A stretch of 52,026 nucleotides of DNA from Girardia tigrina (lineage: Eukaryota). The stretch lies in the NCBI GenBank assembly GCA_001938485.1, contig MQRK01214676.1, forward strand, positions 62,001 to 114,026, written 5' to 3'. Made by a program: the position numbers and the translations under genes. The notes below the pieces were generated by a model, which was not told the DNA's origin, ran no database searches, and saw only the letters and a program-made list of their open reading frames with translations. Of the stretch, positions 1-52,026 are shown in pieces (positions within the stretch are counted from its first letter, which is position 1; the number at the start of each line of letters is the position of its first letter).

Positions 1-345
1 ATTTGGTGTTTTTCAATTTGATGTCCAAAATACAGTTTTAAACTTAAGTGATGAAACTTTAAATGAAGATGAAATGAAAAATTCTGTGTAATCGATTTAA
101 AAATTACTGGGAGAGAGTAACGTGTGAGGCCTTATTAATAAGATCCATGAATCCAAAAATTAATATCCAAGCTTCACACTCAACTTCTCTGTTAAACATT
201 TTCAAATAGAGCATTTATTACATAATTGATTGCATAATAACCTTTCTCATATATAAGCTGCAAAAAGCCAGTGTTAATTTAGTCTGAAGATGGCGGGTAA
301 TCCGCCGAAATTAATTACTAAAATAAATTGTGAAAAATGGCGTTC
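1..345 (+). mobile_element. Penelope-like element fragment (GIY-YIG C-terminus and pseudo-LTR)
   Basis: FKNYWERVTCEALLIRSMNPKINIQ...FK* homologous to 5987-6424; hammerhead motif follows. Confidence 0.8.
284..310 (+). ncRNA. Minimal hammerhead ribozyme motif (PLE pseudo-LTR)
   Basis: CTGAAGA-t-GGCGG gtaat CCGCC-GAAA. Confidence 0.7.
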
Positions 346-715
346 ACTTTTTAATAATGAATATCAATTGCCATTATTTTTTAAATTCCTTAGTAAATAT
401 TTTCATTGTAAATTATTTCATTATTTTATCAATGATTTCAGTTACAAATTAAAAATTAAAAAAAATCGACGATGTTAACGCTTTGAAAACATCGACTGAG
501 CTTCCTACACATCAAAGGTATAAGATTTCTGGTTTGGGAAACAACAATTAAATACAAAGACTTTTAGAAAACAGTAGGATGGTGAAAGATGTTTCCTTTA
601 AAAATCTTTTCAAAGATTTGTATTTGTTTTTAAAATAACAATAAATACAAGTGAAAAAAGTCAGTAACTTTCCTTAATCAATTTCACATGGATCGAATAA
701 TTATTCAATTAATTA

Positions 716-1170
716 CAGGTAGTCGTCGACTTACGACCTATGCAACTTACGACCACAATCGCTAGCCGCGGCGTACGACAGTGCATACCAAGTTCCGGTA
801 GCACTACCATATATGCGTGTACCATTTCAACTGTAATCCCATCTGTTTTAGATATTTTTCATCAAATCCCTCCCAAGATATCTACCAAGAGGAAGTTGTC
901 TTTGTCTACGCCTGTCTTTATCTACACCAGCGGCCAATAAAATGTTTCCTACATGTCTATATATTTGTATATGTTATGTTTTGCAATTGGAAAAATGTTT
1001 NNNNNNNNNNNNNNNNNNNNNNNNNNNNNNNNNNNNNNNNNNNTTTGCAAATATTAAACCAGTTGTACCAGTTGCACAGTACTGTACATATAGCCTACTC
1101 AACTTACGACCAAATCGTGTTACGACCGGTCTGTCGGAACCAATCGTGGTCGTAAGTCGACGACTACCTG
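716..1170. mobile_element. pogo/Tc1-mariner-type MITE
   Basis: 23-bp perfect TIR CAGGTAGTCGTCGACTTACGACC, TA TSD at 714-715 and 1171-1172, no transposase; contains an N gap. Confidence 0.88.
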
Positions 1171-2123
1171 TATAATTATAATTACCATAATTGTGGTGTC
1201 TCATAACTGACACCAACTCACTTATTTAATTATAGTATTTTATTTATTTATGCGCGTACTATTCTTTTTGATGTAACCTTTGATCATCGTGTTTGTTGGC
1301 AAATACTCTTGTAAGTCTGTCATGTTTGATGTATGAGTTTGCATCGTTGATGGTAACATTGAAAGATTGTGTATTTATTTATTTATTTTATTCAGATTTT
1401 TATTTTTATCTAAATTTTGAGTGACGAAAGATTTTTATTCATATTTTTATTTTTTATTTTCATTTAAATTCAAATTGATGAAAGAAAAAAAAGAAGTTAA
1501 TTTAATTTAATAATGGCCATCGAGATTTCAATTTTGAATTTGAAATAGGATCAATATTGAATTGAACATTAATTCACAAATCTCAAATTATAATTTAATA
1601 GTCGTGAATTTATTATGTTTTCTGACGAATGCTAATTTGCGGTTACTTGATATTATTTTTTTGGACGATAAATAATTCCTTGGTAATTGACTGGAACAGT
1701 TCTATTATCGCAATTCCGATCATCACTTCTCGTCATTAATTCGAGATCAATTATTGGTACAAACTTACAAGACATTTCGATCGTCAATTACGATAAAAAT
1801 TTCAAATACCAGATATTGTAACTGATAATTGTCCGAAGATTTACTATAACTACACAATTTCTTCTATTTGATTGTTGCCGAAAAGATCATTGTCAGGTTA
1901 TCTTTTTTATTTGGTTGAATTTGAATATTTTGTTAAAAGTCCGTTGGATTGTATTGTCAATATATTATTACTAATCATATTACGCGTAATTATTATCTGG
2001 GACTTATTACATCTAATTGTAAAAATCAGTTTATAATACAGTTGTCACTAGGTAAACGGATTTTTAAAAATAAAATAAGAATAACAGATTGGTTCCCTGA
2101 TTCATTAGAACTCAAATTATTCA

Positions 2124-51807
<49,684 letters not shown>

Positions 51808-51977
51808 CTAAAAAACATAATTTTCTCAGGAACTTTCAAAAATAATAATTAAAATTAAGAAATTTAAAATAACAAAAATGATATTATTCTAATAGAAATT
51901 TATTTTTAATAAGTTACAAATTATTTATCACTGACGACAAGATACTTCTAAAGCTAAATAGCGCTAATTTCTAAACT

Positions 51978-52026
<49 letters not shown>
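51978..52026. repeat. (CA)n(TA)n compound microsatellite
   Basis: Direct reading. Confidence 0.9.

Overview
AT-rich, transposon-dense metazoan (invertebrate-like) genomic DNA. The whole window lies inside one minus-strand ABCC1/MRP1-type ABC transporter gene (TMD0-L0-TMD1-NBD1-TMD2-start of NBD2). Both gene ends lie outside the window. I reconstructed 19 constitutive exons by hand with consistent splice phases; introns are either tiny (41-58 nt) or multi-kb and TE-filled. The main observation is a tandem array of one TMD2 exon (end of TM13, the cytoplasmic coupling loop, TM14-TM15) between the constitutive exons at 21976-22261 and 7376-7575. There are three intact, very divergent copies (A 21589-21917, B 18310-18623, C 15881-16191), all phase 1 to 0, so they must be mutually exclusive. 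At least four, and possibly about nine, decayed pseudo-exon copies sit among them. A single intronic docking site (about 7705-7737), just upstream of the next constitutive exon, is complementary to short selector sequences right behind copies A and C and behind some dead copies. This is the signature of competing RNA pairing that picks one exon. The introns also hold an intact intron-containing Tc1 (DD34E, IR/DR), Mutator, hAT, mariner, pogo and Chapaev3-like elements, piggyBac/hAT/pogo MITEs, RTE LINE fragments and several Penelope-like elements with hammerhead ribozyme motifs. All alignments and pairings were done by eye.
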